A stretch of 64,000 bases of DNA from the NCBI GenBank assembly GCA_016179745.1, contig JACPCP010000010.1, positions 3,832 through 67,831 on the forward strand, read 5' to 3'. Under the pieces are notes generated by a model. That model saw only the letters and a list, made by a program, of their open reading frames with translations. It made no database searches and was not told the DNA's origin. Below, in pieces: positions 38,615-47,541 of this stretch (within the stretch, counting starts at the first letter, position 1; every line of letters begins with the position of its first letter). This stretch comes from Candidatus Omnitrophota bacterium. Lineage in GTDB: Bacteria > Omnitrophota > Omnitrophia > Omnitrophales > JACQLI01. The translations under genes were made by a program, and so were the position numbers.

Positions 38615-39622
38615 TCATTGAATCTTGTTAAGGATTTCCGGATTTTCGGGCCCCTCGACATGAAGCGTCCCGAGGGCGCCTTTATTGATCCTGAAAATGC
38701 TATGGTCCACCAGGGTGAAATCCCCGGGGACTTCGATCTTAAACTCCACCGTGCTGGCCGCCCCTGCCGGGATCAGAGTTGTCTGCACATTACGATTGGG
38801 GTCCAGAAGCGACCCTTCCCGGTAAACCCGGTCAAAAATCTCGCCAATCACGTGGAAGGAGGAAACCAGATTGGGGCCAATGTTACCGACAAAAAGCCGG
38901 ACCGTTTCTCCGACCTTCGCTTGGAGCGCCCCGTCTCCTGAAAGGGCCGCCACCTTGCCATTGAAAACGACATAAGTCGGATTTTCATCCATTCCCTTCT
39001 GAGAAGAAAAAGCGGCCAACCCTTGGGCCCCAATGGACCCCTCCGTGTAGAACTCACTTTGCATCACGTAATACTCCCGATCTACTTTTGTCAGTCCTTC
39101 CTTCGGTTCCACCAAAATTAATCCGTAGAGACCGTTGGCAATGTGGACCGGAATCGGCGGGGCGGCGCAATGATAAACGTAAAGGCCGGGGTTGATCGCC
39201 TTGGCCTGGACCACGGACTCCTTGCCGGGTTCCGTCATGAGGATGCAGGCAGCTCCGCAAGGGCCCGTCATGGAATGAAAGTCAACGGTGTGGGTATTCT
39301 TGCTCGTTTCGGAATTCTTGAAGTGGAATTCGATCGTGTCGCCCTCCCGCACCCGGACAAAGGGGCCCGGGACGTGGCCGTTGTAGCCCCAAAAATCATA
39401 TTCCACGCCTTTTGAGAGCTCGCCCCGAAACTCCGTGGACTCAAGCCGCACAATGACCCGGGCCTCATAATTTCGATTCAGGGGCGGCGTGACACGGGGT
39501 GCAAAACCAAGCTCCGCTTCAATCACCGGCAGCTCCTGGGCGTGAAGTTTTCCCACCCAGGCAAAAAATCCGACCGCTGCCAAAAGCATGAACGCAACCG
39601 AAAACAAAGTTTTCACTTTCAT
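38615..39622 (-). CDS. nirK: Copper-containing nitrite reductase
   Basis: Signal peptide. HTVDFHSMTG, YVYHCAAPPIPVHIANGLYGLILVEP and the second cupredoxin domain match NirK type-1/type-2 Cu motifs. Confidence 0.85.
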   Translation of the reverse strand: MKVKTLFSVAFMLLAAVGFFAWVGKLHAQELPVIEAELGFAPRVTPPLNRNYEARVIVRLESTEFRGELSKGVEYDFWGYNGHVPGPFVRVREGDTIEFHFKNSETSKNTHTVDFHSMTGPCGAACILMTEPGKESVVQAKAINPGLYVYHCAAPPIPVHIANGLYGLILVEPKEGLTKVDREYYVMQSEFYTEGSIGAQGLAAFSSQKGMDENPTYVVFNGKVAALSGDGALQAKVGETVRLFVGNIGPNLVSSFHVIGEIFDRVYREGSLLDPNRNVQTTLIPAGAASTVEFKIEVPGDFTLVDHSIFRINKGALGTLHVEGPENPEILNKIQ

Positions 39623-39676
39623 CGAAACTTCCTTCTTAGCGCACCGTTCGATAAATCTGTGACTGTTCCGGTTTCT

Positions 39677-40696
39677 TCATTTCACTTGGTTAACAGGCTT
39701 GCGAGACAAAAAGGCCCGGATGTTTTCGATGGTTGTGTCCAGGATCCTTTGGACCGCCTCCCGGGAATAAAAGGCCATGTGCGGCGTGTAAACGACATTT
39801 TCCCGATGCAGGAGGACATGGTTCTTCAGGGTTGTCTGAAGTTTTTTCCAATGCTCCTCATTTTCCGTTCCCTCGAGGAGCCGTTTCTCCTCCAGAATAA
39901 ACTCTTCTTCCTCCAGCACATCCAGGCCCGCTCCGCTTAGAATCCCTTTGTCCAGCGCTTCAACCAGGGCATCCGTGTCCACCAATCCTCCCCGGGCCGT
40001 ATTGATCAGGATCGCCCCCTTCTTGATGATTCGAATGGCCTTTTTGCCGATGAGGTGCCGGGTGCCGGGAAGAAAAGGGACGTGCAGGGTAAGGATATCA
40101 GAACGCTTCAGGAGTTCTTCGAAGGAAACATAATCAAAATTAAGCGCCTCTGAAAGAATCCTTTGTTCTTTGGCATCGCTGGCAATCACTTTCATCCCGA
40201 AGGCCACGCCGATACGGATCACGTGCACGCCGATATGGCCGGTCCCCACCACCCCCAGGGTTTTTCCTTTTAAGTCGAAACCCATCAGGTTGTCGATTGA
40301 AAAATTATTTTGAAGGGTCCGAAGGTAGGCCTTTCTCAGGTTTCTGGAAAGCGAGAGGATGAGGGCAAAGGCGTGTTCGGCAACTGTGTTTTCGCCGTAA
40401 GCCGGGACATTCGAAACGACAATTCCCCTCTCTCTCGCCGCCTCCAGGTCAATGTGCTCGAAACCGGTGGATCGGGTCGCAATGAAGCGAAGCTTCGGGA
40501 GGCCGGCCAAAAGGGAACGATAGACCTTTGATTTGATGAAGACAGAAAGCACCTCCATCTCCCTCAACGCCTCCAGGGACTCCTCGACAGTTCCCTGAAA
40601 GTAGGAAAAACCGTCCTTCTCCGGAAGTTCGTTTTGGAGATAGGCTTTCTGCCATTCCTCTTCCATCTCAACAAAAGCCGCTTTCACAGCCTTCAC
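39677..40696 (-). CDS. D-isomer-specific 2-hydroxyacid dehydrogenase (D-lactate dehydrogenase-like)
   Basis: GVVGTGHIGVHVIRIGVAFGMKV (NAD Rossmann), then the catalytic R/E/H triad region (INTARGGLVD ... YTPHMAF). Confidence 0.75.
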   Translation of the reverse strand: MKAVKAAFVEMEEEWQKAYLQNELPEKDGFSYFQGTVEESLEALREMEVLSVFIKSKVYRSLLAGLPKLRFIATRSTGFEHIDLEAARERGIVVSNVPAYGENTVAEHAFALILSLSRNLRKAYLRTLQNNFSIDNLMGFDLKGKTLGVVGTGHIGVHVIRIGVAFGMKVIASDAKEQRILSEALNFDYVSFEELLKRSDILTLHVPFLPGTRHLIGKKAIRIIKKGAILINTARGGLVDTDALVEALDKGILSGAGLDVLEEEEFILEEKRLLEGTENEEHWKKLQTTLKNHVLLHRENVVYTPHMAFYSREAVQRILDTTIENIRAFLSRKPVNQVK

Positions 40697-41592
40697 ATGC
40701 CTCCTTCGGGGTCTTCGTGGATCGTCACATCCGCATTGGAAAACTTTTTTTTGATCTTCTCAATCAGAGATTCTGTCACCTCGTGGGCCGACACCAGACT
40801 TTCTTTGGGCTGTAGCACGAGATGGAAATCGATGAAGGTCTTATCGCCCGCCTTCCGGGTCCTCAATTCGTGGTAGCCCAGAATCCGCCGGTCGTGCCTT
40901 CGAATGAGGGTGCCCAGCTGATCCAGGACACCCTGGGGAAGCGAACGATCCACGAGTTCGTTCGCTGCCTGAATCAGAATCTGACCGGCGAGAAAAACAA
41001 CATAACCGCCGACAAAAATTCCGCCCACGAGGTCCCAGTTCGGCCATCCGGTCACTCGAACGAGAACCAGGGACACGACAATCACCGCATAGGAAAGAAT
41101 GTCCATGAAATAGTGGGCCTTCTCGGTCTTCACAATGAGGGACCCCGTCCTCCGCTCCGCCCTTTGCAGAATGGCGGTGATCAGGAAATTGACCCCCATT
41201 GAAAACCCGACCGCAAGAAACGCCAGCTCGGAACGGTGGATAAAACTTCCGGCCAGGGTGCGTCGGAAACTTTCTCCAAAAAGCAGAAAGGCAAAAATCA
41301 GAATCAGGACCCCTTGGGAATAAGAGGCGAGACTTTCGATCTTCTGGTGCCCGTAGGCGTGGTCCTCGTCGGGCGGTTTCGAGGCCTTGTAGACGGAGAG
41401 AAGATTCACGGAGGAAATTCCCATGTCCATCAGGGAATCCAGGGCCGAGGCCAGAAGGGCCTGAGAGGCTGTGAAAAGGGCGGCCAGCCCCTTCACGAGC
41501 GTAAGGAGAAAAGAGAGAGCGATCGCCCATCTCAAACTTCCGATCTTTTCCTTTAAAAGACCCGCTTCAGTCATTTTTAAGGCCCTCCCCAT
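40693..41592 (-). CDS. Cation diffusion facilitator (CDF) family metal efflux transporter
   Basis: TM domain with SALDSLMDMGIS...HAYGHQKIESL, and a C-terminal cytoplasmic domain. Confidence 0.75.
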   Translation of the reverse strand: MGRALKMTEAGLLKEKIGSLRWAIALSFLLTLVKGLAALFTASQALLASALDSLMDMGISSVNLLSVYKASKPPDEDHAYGHQKIESLASYSQGVLILIFAFLLFGESFRRTLAGSFIHRSELAFLAVGFSMGVNFLITAILQRAERRTGSLIVKTEKAHYFMDILSYAVIVVSLVLVRVTGWPNWDLVGGIFVGGYVVFLAGQILIQAANELVDRSLPQGVLDQLGTLIRRHDRRILGYHELRTRKAGDKTFIDFHLVLQPKESLVSAHEVTESLIEKIKKKFSNADVTIHEDPEGGM

Positions 41593-42166
41593 ATTCCGCC
41601 GGCGTGTTCAGGTTCATGAAAACCAGCGGCTCCTCTCGAGATTCCTCGTCCCAGGGGACCACTTTGATTCTCAAATCCTCCAGGGCGTCCCGGACGCTCA
41701 AAGAACCCCGCCGAATTCGAGCTTCAAAAACGCCCAGGGCGCTTTTGCGGTAAACCGCACAAAGCGGCTCCAGGCCGTAGGACGACCTCGGCAGGACGGC
41801 GTCAAAATCTTCCATGGACTCGCAGAGCCGCTTCACGACCCTCATCTTAACCTGGGGCATATCGCAGGCAAGGACAAAATTAAGTTCTGTCCGGCTGTAG
41901 AAAAGGCCCGTGGCGATCCCCACGAGAGGGGAAAAATACGGAAAGCGGTCTGCCACTAAGAGAGTTTCCCTTTCGAATTGAAACTTAAACTTCTCCTTCT
42001 CCTTGGCCACGACGATGATTTCTGAAACGTGCCCCGCCAAAGATTCGACCACCGCCTGGATCAAGGGCCTTCCCTGCCAGTCAAGGAAGGCCTTGTCCCG
42101 GCCCATGCGGCTTGACTTCCCGCCCGCCACCACAATGCCTGTTAAATCCCGGATCCTCTCTGTCAT
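41567..42166 (-). CDS. mobA: Molybdenum cofactor guanylyltransferase
   Basis: TGIVVAGGKSSRMGRDKAFLDWQGRPLI matches the MobA signature. Confidence 0.75.
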   Translation of the reverse strand: MTERIRDLTGIVVAGGKSSRMGRDKAFLDWQGRPLIQAVVESLAGHVSEIIVVAKEKEKFKFQFERETLLVADRFPYFSPLVGIATGLFYSRTELNFVLACDMPQVKMRVVKRLCESMEDFDAVLPRSSYGLEPLCAVYRKSALGVFEARIRRGSLSVRDALEDLRIKVVPWDEESREEPLVFMNLNTPAEYGEGLKND

Positions 42167-42669
42167 TTCGTCCCAAAAAATTCCCTTTCGATGAATTCGG
42201 CGAGTTCATCGATCCGGGCGCTTGAAAAAACGGGGACGCTCGTCTTGACAGCGTCTTCGGAATAAACTGCCAGCAAATCGGGGTCTTCAGCCGCCACAAG
42301 ATTCTTGCCCAATTCCTTTCGGAAGACTTCAACTTTGGGAAGACTCGATTTCTTAAATCCCTCCACCAAAACCAAATCCTGAGATTCATAAAGCTCCAAA
42401 AGTTTCACGAGCGTCAGCTCGGATTTGAATTCCCGGACGAAGACCGTCTTGGTCCTCGAAGAAATCGCCACGGCCTCGGAGCCGGCCGAGCGGTGGCGGG
42501 AGGTGTCCTTGCCCGCCACGTCGATCTCAAACCCTTCGTGGCAGGTGTGCTTGATCGTCCCCACCCGAAGACCCCGGGCCTTCAAAATTGGAATCAACTT
42601 CTCAATGAGCGTGGTCTTTCCGCTGTTGTGGACACCCACCACGGAAATCGCAACCGGTTTTCTTTTCAT
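42163..42669 (-). CDS. mobB: Molybdopterin-guanine dinucleotide biosynthesis adapter protein
   Basis: Internal Met start MKRKPVAISVVGVHNSGKTTLIEKLI (Walker A) ... GTIKH matches the MobB family. Confidence 0.75.
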   Translation of the reverse strand: MKRKPVAISVVGVHNSGKTTLIEKLIPILKARGLRVGTIKHTCHEGFEIDVAGKDTSRHRSAGSEAVAISSRTKTVFVREFKSELTLVKLLELYESQDLVLVEGFKKSSLPKVEVFRKELGKNLVAAEDPDLLAVYSEDAVKTSVPVFSSARIDELAEFIEREFFGTK

Positions 42670-43430
42670 CCCAATCCCCTTATCAGTTTGAATGAAGCGG
42701 CCGCCAAAACCAGGGCCAGGATCCTCTTCAATCCCCGGCCGGAAAAGTGACGGGCCCCCAGGCGGGACCCTGCCCAACCGCCCAAAAACGCAGCCGCCAT
42801 CATCAAGCCCAGGGCGGGAGAGAGATAGAGTTCAAAATTTTGTCTCAAGTGGCGTCCGAAGATTCCGGCGAGGGAATTGACAAAGATAAAAAGCGCTGAG
42901 GCCGCCGCCGTCTCCTTCGGAGGGGCCCACTTTGAGAGGAGAATCAAGGGACTCAGAAAGATCCCTCCCCCGACTCCCACGAGGCCTGAGAGAATTCCAA
43001 CGCCGCCCCCGACCGGAAGAGCCACTTTTAAACTCGGGGGTTTTAAAATTCCCGGGATTTTTTCCGTTTCAAAGTCGAAGGCCAAACGAAGGGCCGCATA
43101 AAAGAGAACGCCCGCCAAAAGGAGCGCATAAATCCCGGACGAAATTTCCAGAAATCCTCCCAGAAAGGCGGCCGGGACCGAGGCCGCAAGAAAGGGCCAG
43201 GTCAAACTCCACGAGAAGTAACCGGCCTTTCGATAAGTCCAAAAGGCCGTTCCTGCCACGAGTAAATTTAACCGGAGGGCGCTCATGGCCATTTCCTCGT
43301 GGGGAACGGAAAAAAAAGAAAGGAGGGCCAGATACCCCGACGCCCCTCCGTGCCCGACCGAGGAATAAATCAGGGCCACTAAAAAAATAAGAAGGAGGAC
43401 CGGGGTCATCTGAATCAAACTAAGTCCCAT
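42666..43430 (-). CDS. TauE/SafE (DUF81) family membrane permease
   Basis: About 8 TM helices with duplicated GGGxG-containing halves (SVGHGGASGY; GLVGVGGGIFLSP). Embedded in the Moco cluster. Confidence 0.6.
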   Translation of the reverse strand: MGLSLIQMTPVLLLIFLVALIYSSVGHGGASGYLALLSFFSVPHEEMAMSALRLNLLVAGTAFWTYRKAGYFSWSLTWPFLAASVPAAFLGGFLEISSGIYALLLAGVLFYAALRLAFDFETEKIPGILKPPSLKVALPVGGGVGILSGLVGVGGGIFLSPLILLSKWAPPKETAAASALFIFVNSLAGIFGRHLRQNFELYLSPALGLMMAAAFLGGWAGSRLGARHFSGRGLKRILALVLAAASFKLIRGLG

Positions 43431-43938
43431 TTTTCCGCCTCCCCTTCCTCTCATCGGTTCTGCAATCCATGACCGTCCCCCGAATCAATCCCACCGCATG
43501 CGCCAGAAGGGGCCCCAGAATCTTGAAGGCCTCTCGAACCGCTTCCGGGCTTCCCGGAAGATTCACAATAAGACTCCGCTTGCGGACGCCGGCCACTCCC
43601 CGTGAAAGGACCGCTCGGGGGGTTTGTTGCTGCCCCACCTGTCTCAGCGCCTCAGACACGCCGGGGATTTCTTTCTCCAGGATTTCGGAGGTGGCCTCCG
43701 GTGTCACATCCCGGGCAGCGATCCCGGTCCCGCCGGTCGTTAAAACCACTTCGCAGTCGAGGTCATCGACCCAGGAAATCAACACCGCCTGAATCCGGTT
43801 CTTCTCATCGGGAACCACCTGGCGGGCGACGATTTCGGCCGGAATCTTCCTGACCAGTTCCGCCAGTAACTTTCCGCTCAAATCCTCCCTCAAACCTTGC
43901 GAAGAACGGTCGCTCACGGTCACAATCCCGACTCTCAT
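43420..43938 (-). CDS. moaB: Molybdenum cofactor biosynthesis protein MoaB/MogA family
   Basis: MRVGIVTVSDRSS...VVLTTGGTGIAARDVTPEAT matches the MogA/MoaB fold. Confidence 0.75.
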   Translation of the reverse strand: MRVGIVTVSDRSSQGLREDLSGKLLAELVRKIPAEIVARQVVPDEKNRIQAVLISWVDDLDCEVVLTTGGTGIAARDVTPEATSEILEKEIPGVSEALRQVGQQQTPRAVLSRGVAGVRKRSLIVNLPGSPEAVREAFKILGPLLAHAVGLIRGTVMDCRTDERKGRRKNGT

Positions 43939-44462
43939 AGAATCTTTTCTTCTCCTTCTCTCAGGTAGGCGCCGCTCTTTCCGCCCGTTTTCTTGATTAA
44001 ACGAATATTCCCAATCACGATCCCCTTGTCCACGGCCTTGCACATATCGTAAAGCGTAAGACCCGCCACAGCGACAGCGGTCAGGGCCTCCATCTCGACC
44101 CCGGTCTTGGCGGAGGTCTTCACGGTCGATTCGATTTCAACTGTCCGGCCGTCATCGAGAAAAATAAATCGAAGGTCAATCGAATCCAGAGGGAGCGAAT
44201 GACAGAGGGGAATAAGCCCGGCGGTCCGTTTGGCCGCCAAAATTCCCGCTGTTTTGGCCACGGCCACGGCATCACCTTTCACCAGACGATTCTCTTTAAG
44301 CTGCCGAAAGGCCTCGGGTGACATCCGCACCTCACCCCGGGCAATAGCGGTTCTTTCCGTATCTTTTTTTGAACCCACATCAACCATCTTGAGTTCACCT
44401 TTGGAATCCAAATGGCTGAGTGAAACAGGAGACCCGTCCCCTGTTTCTAGTTTTTTCTTCAT
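43935..44462 (-). CDS. moaC: Cyclic pyranopterin monophosphate synthase accessory protein
   Basis: LSHLDSKGELKMVDVGSK...IPLCHSLPL...EMEALTAVAVAGLTLYDMCKA matches the MoaC signature. Confidence 0.85.
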   Translation of the reverse strand: MKKKLETGDGSPVSLSHLDSKGELKMVDVGSKKDTERTAIARGEVRMSPEAFRQLKENRLVKGDAVAVAKTAGILAAKRTAGLIPLCHSLPLDSIDLRFIFLDDGRTVEIESTVKTSAKTGVEMEALTAVAVAGLTLYDMCKAVDKGIVIGNIRLIKKTGGKSGAYLREGEEKIL

Positions 44463-45661
44463 AAAATCAGCGCCTCGACCTCCTCGCCTTTACTCCTCTT
44501 TGAAACATTTTCTCCTAACCGGAGCAAGGCATTAGCGTGGGCCAGCGAACTCAAACAATGCGAACCCTGCATGCCGCTTGAGCGGATTCCGGGGGCTCCG
44601 TGATTCCTTTCACAGACGGCCCGGATAAAATCAACTCTTCCCGGGGCGTGGGTCAGGTCCTGGGCGAGCCGGGCTTTTTCGAAGACCGGCAGCGCTTCAC
44701 GGGCCCCCATCCTCTTCCGGAGGGCGGGACGGACAAAGAGTTGAAAGGAAACAAAACTCGAGGCGGGATTTCCCGGCAGACCGAAGACCAGCGTTTTCCC
44801 TTTTTTCCCGAAAAAGAGCGGTTTGCCGGGTTTCATTCGGACCTTCCAGAAAAGTTCCTTGACGCCTTCTGCTTCAAGAATTTCCTTCACCAGATCATGG
44901 GTCCCGGCCGAAACGCCTCCGGCCACAAGCAGAAGGTCCCGGGCCAGGCCCTTTCTGATTTTTTTCCTGAGGCTGGCCCGGCTGTCTTTTGCGATCCCGA
45001 GACGGACCGGGTTCGCCCCCGCTTCCCTCAAAAGGGCTTCTAAGGTGTCAGAATTCGAATCTCGAATTTTTCCCGGAGAAAGCTTTTTTGAAACCGGCAC
45101 CAGCTCATTGCCGGTCGAAAGAAAGGCAACGCTGGGTCTTGGAAAAACAAGGGGTCGGCTGAAGCCCAGGGCCGCCAAGAGGGCCACTTGCTGGGCATGG
45201 ATAGCCGTTCCTTTCTGGAGCACGGTCTTTCCCTTTCGGACATCTTCGCCCTGATAACGGATATTTTCTCCCGTTGAGACAACCCTCTTGATTTTTATTT
45301 CGTCCCCCACGGACTCGGTCTCCTCCAACATCACCACCGCACCGGCCCCTCTCGGGAGAAGCCCCCCCGTCATGATCCGGGCGCAGGTTCTGGCTGTAAT
45401 TTTCCTTCTCGCCACTTTGCCTGCCGGCAAATCTTCAACCCTTTGAAGCCGGCAGGGAGATTCTTCGGAAGCCTGTGCCGTGTCTTCGCCCCGAAGGGCA
45501 TAGCCGTCCATGGCAGAACTCGTGAAAGGAGGAAGATCGACGGAGGCAATAACGTCTTCTGCGAGAACGAGTCCGAGCGAATCCTTAAGCGAGACCCGCC
45601 TCGGGGGATTCGGCCTCGTAGAATCGAGGATAATCATTTGTGCTTCTTCTACGGAAATCAT
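44459..45661 (-). CDS. moeA: Molybdopterin molybdenumtransferase
   Basis: MISVEEAQ...VSLKDSLGLVLAEDV...PPF..SAMDGYA, GGVS..D, and a C-terminal domain match MoeA. Confidence 0.8.
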   Translation of the reverse strand: MISVEEAQMIILDSTRPNPPRRVSLKDSLGLVLAEDVIASVDLPPFTSSAMDGYALRGEDTAQASEESPCRLQRVEDLPAGKVARRKITARTCARIMTGGLLPRGAGAVVMLEETESVGDEIKIKRVVSTGENIRYQGEDVRKGKTVLQKGTAIHAQQVALLAALGFSRPLVFPRPSVAFLSTGNELVPVSKKLSPGKIRDSNSDTLEALLREAGANPVRLGIAKDSRASLRKKIRKGLARDLLLVAGGVSAGTHDLVKEILEAEGVKELFWKVRMKPGKPLFFGKKGKTLVFGLPGNPASSFVSFQLFVRPALRKRMGAREALPVFEKARLAQDLTHAPGRVDFIRAVCERNHGAPGIRSSGMQGSHCLSSLAHANALLRLGENVSKRSKGEEVEALIL

Positions 45662-45671
45662 TGATTTCCCC

Positions 45672-46181
45672 TCACCCCAACCCCTTCCCTGTCTCGATTG
45701 AAGCAACTGAAGCAACCGGTTCCTCCCGGGTTCCTGCCCCTTCCGTGATTTTAATCCGGTCGCCCACTTGGATTTCCCCGCCCGAGAGGACCCGGGCAAA
45801 AATCCCTTCGGTCGGGAAAATGCAGTTCCCCACCTGATAGTAAATGGCGCAAGGGGTGTGGCAGACCTTTCCGATCTGAGTGATCTCGATCAGGGCCCCC
45901 TCCCCCAGGAAGAGTTTCGTTCCCACCGGAATTTCCAAAAGATCGATTCCATCGGTGGTGATATTCTCCGCAAAATCTCCCGGACCCACCCGGAGGCCCT
46001 GATCCACCATTTTTTGAATGCTCACCAAACTCATCAGACTGACTTGTCTCGTCCAATTGCCGGCGTGGGCGTCCCCCTCGATCCCGAAATTTTCAATAAG
46101 ACGGGCATTCGGAACATTGGTCTTTTTAATCCTTCGATGACGGCTGATTGAAATCGCAAGAATGCGTCCCGCCTCTTCCAC
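45672..46181 (-). CDS. MOSC-domain protein (YiiM-like)
   Basis: 169 aa. GIEGDAHAG...GDFAENITTDGIDL...GEG.LIEITQIGKVCHTPC matches the MOSC beta-barrel with conserved Cys. Confidence 0.6.
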   Translation of the reverse strand: MEEAGRILAISISRHRRIKKTNVPNARLIENFGIEGDAHAGNWTRQVSLMSLVSIQKMVDQGLRVGPGDFAENITTDGIDLLEIPVGTKLFLGEGALIEITQIGKVCHTPCAIYYQVGNCIFPTEGIFARVLSGGEIQVGDRIKITEGAGTREEPVASVASIETGKGLG

Positions 46182-46182
46182 C

Positions 46183-47163
46183 TTACCCTCCCACCTGGCA
46201 CATGTAGGTCACCGGCTCATCTTCTGGCAACCCCTTGAAGGCGTGCCCCTTCGGTTTTCCCTGGACGGCCTCGTGAATTAAATCCATCAGTTCCGGACGG
46301 GAAGCGCCCAGACGCAACGGCGTTCTTAAATCGAGAGTTTCCTCGCCGTGAAGGCAAAGCCTCAAAATTCCGTCCGAGCGAAGCCGGATCCGGTTGCAAT
46401 CGGAACAAAAAGCATTGGTGATGGAATTGATAAAACCAATCCTTCCCCTTCCGCCCCGTAACCGGTAAGTCTCGGCCACATCGCCGGGAAGCCGCTCCTC
46501 TGGAATCAATTCCGCATAGCGGCTCACTTGCTCTTTAATCTTGCTACTGGGGACAAACCGATCCCGCTCGACAAGAAAACAGTTCTTGGTCGGCATAAGC
46601 TCGATAAAGCGAAGCTCGATCGGACACCGCATGGCAAAGGCTGCAAACTTTTCGATCTCATCGTCATTCACCTCTTTGAGGGTCACCACGTTGACCTTCA
46701 CGGGATCCAATCCCGCTCGAAGGGCCGCTTGAATGCCTTCAAGAACTTTCTCGTGACAATCAAGGCCGGTGATCCAACGGAATTTTTCCCCGTCAAACGT
46801 ATCCAGGCTGATATTGATCCTTCCCAGCCCCGCCTGGCGGAGCCGGGCCGCCTGCTCGGCCAGAAAAACACCGTTGGTGGAAAGAGAGAGGTCTTTCACG
46901 CCCTGAAGCCGCCGAATACCGGAAATGAGAACGTCGAGATCCTTACGAAGGAGGGGTTCGCCTCCGGTGATACGGACCTTTTCGATGCCGAGCTCAACGA
47001 AACACTCGACAAGACGGAGGATCTCCTCATAGCTCAAGATTTCTTCCCGCTCAATCAAAGGAAATCCGCCGACCGGGACACAATACCGGCACCTTAAATT
47101 ACAACGGTCGGTCACCGAGACCCGCAAGTAATTAATGGCCCGGCCGTAACGATCTTTGAGCAT
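46183..47163 (-). CDS. moaA: GTP 3',8-cyclase (radical SAM)
   Basis: YLRVSVTDRCNLRCRYCVP, a C-terminal second cluster Cys motif, and the GG motif match MoaA. Confidence 0.9.
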   Translation of the reverse strand: MLKDRYGRAINYLRVSVTDRCNLRCRYCVPVGGFPLIEREEILSYEEILRLVECFVELGIEKVRITGGEPLLRKDLDVLISGIRRLQGVKDLSLSTNGVFLAEQAARLRQAGLGRINISLDTFDGEKFRWITGLDCHEKVLEGIQAALRAGLDPVKVNVVTLKEVNDDEIEKFAAFAMRCPIELRFIELMPTKNCFLVERDRFVPSSKIKEQVSRYAELIPEERLPGDVAETYRLRGGRGRIGFINSITNAFCSDCNRIRLRSDGILRLCLHGEETLDLRTPLRLGASRPELMDLIHEAVQGKPKGHAFKGLPEDEPVTYMCQVGG

Positions 47164-47189
47164 GGGCTTCCTCTTTAATTTTTACGCCA

Positions 47190-47232
47190 AATAAAAAAAG
47201 CCAGCCTCAAATAAATAGAGACTGGCTTTGGC
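47190..47232 (-). terminator. Rho-independent terminator-like hairpin immediately upstream of the moaA RBS
   Basis: On the minus strand: AAGCCAGTCTCTATTTATTTGAGGCTGGCTTTTTTTATTTGG. A GCCAG/CTGGC stem is followed by a U7 tract, about 30 nt before the moaA ATG. Confidence 0.5.
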
Positions 47233-47420
47233 AGCTTCTCCTTTCCAAGTCCAGCCTCGTCTGAGGCGGGTCCCACTCCTGCCCCGCCACGTTTCGTGGC
47301 AGGGCAGGGCAGGACTCGAGGAGGTGCCTTCGTTTCCTAGCGGCACCCGAAACGGCCGGCGCCGCATGTCCTCCCAAAGGGAGAGAATGAGGATTTAGCG
47401 GTCCGGCTCGGAGATTAAGT
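47233..47420 (-). ncRNA. Structured 5' leader of moaA, candidate Moco riboswitch aptamer region
   Basis: GC-rich and hairpin-rich, e.g. CCTGCCCCGCCACG-TTT-CGTGGCAGGGCAGG with a 14-bp stem. A terminator directly abuts the RBS. Moco riboswitches are known upstream of moaA operons. The consensus was not verified. Confidence 0.3.
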
Positions 47421-47541
47421 CAATAAATCTGAAAGAGCAATGTTCTGTCCGGCTTTTTTAACGGCTGACTCTACTCAGTTGCAGAATTGATGTCAGTGAC
47501 AGAGATCACACGCCGGATTTCCTGCCTTCTCAACCTCTAGC

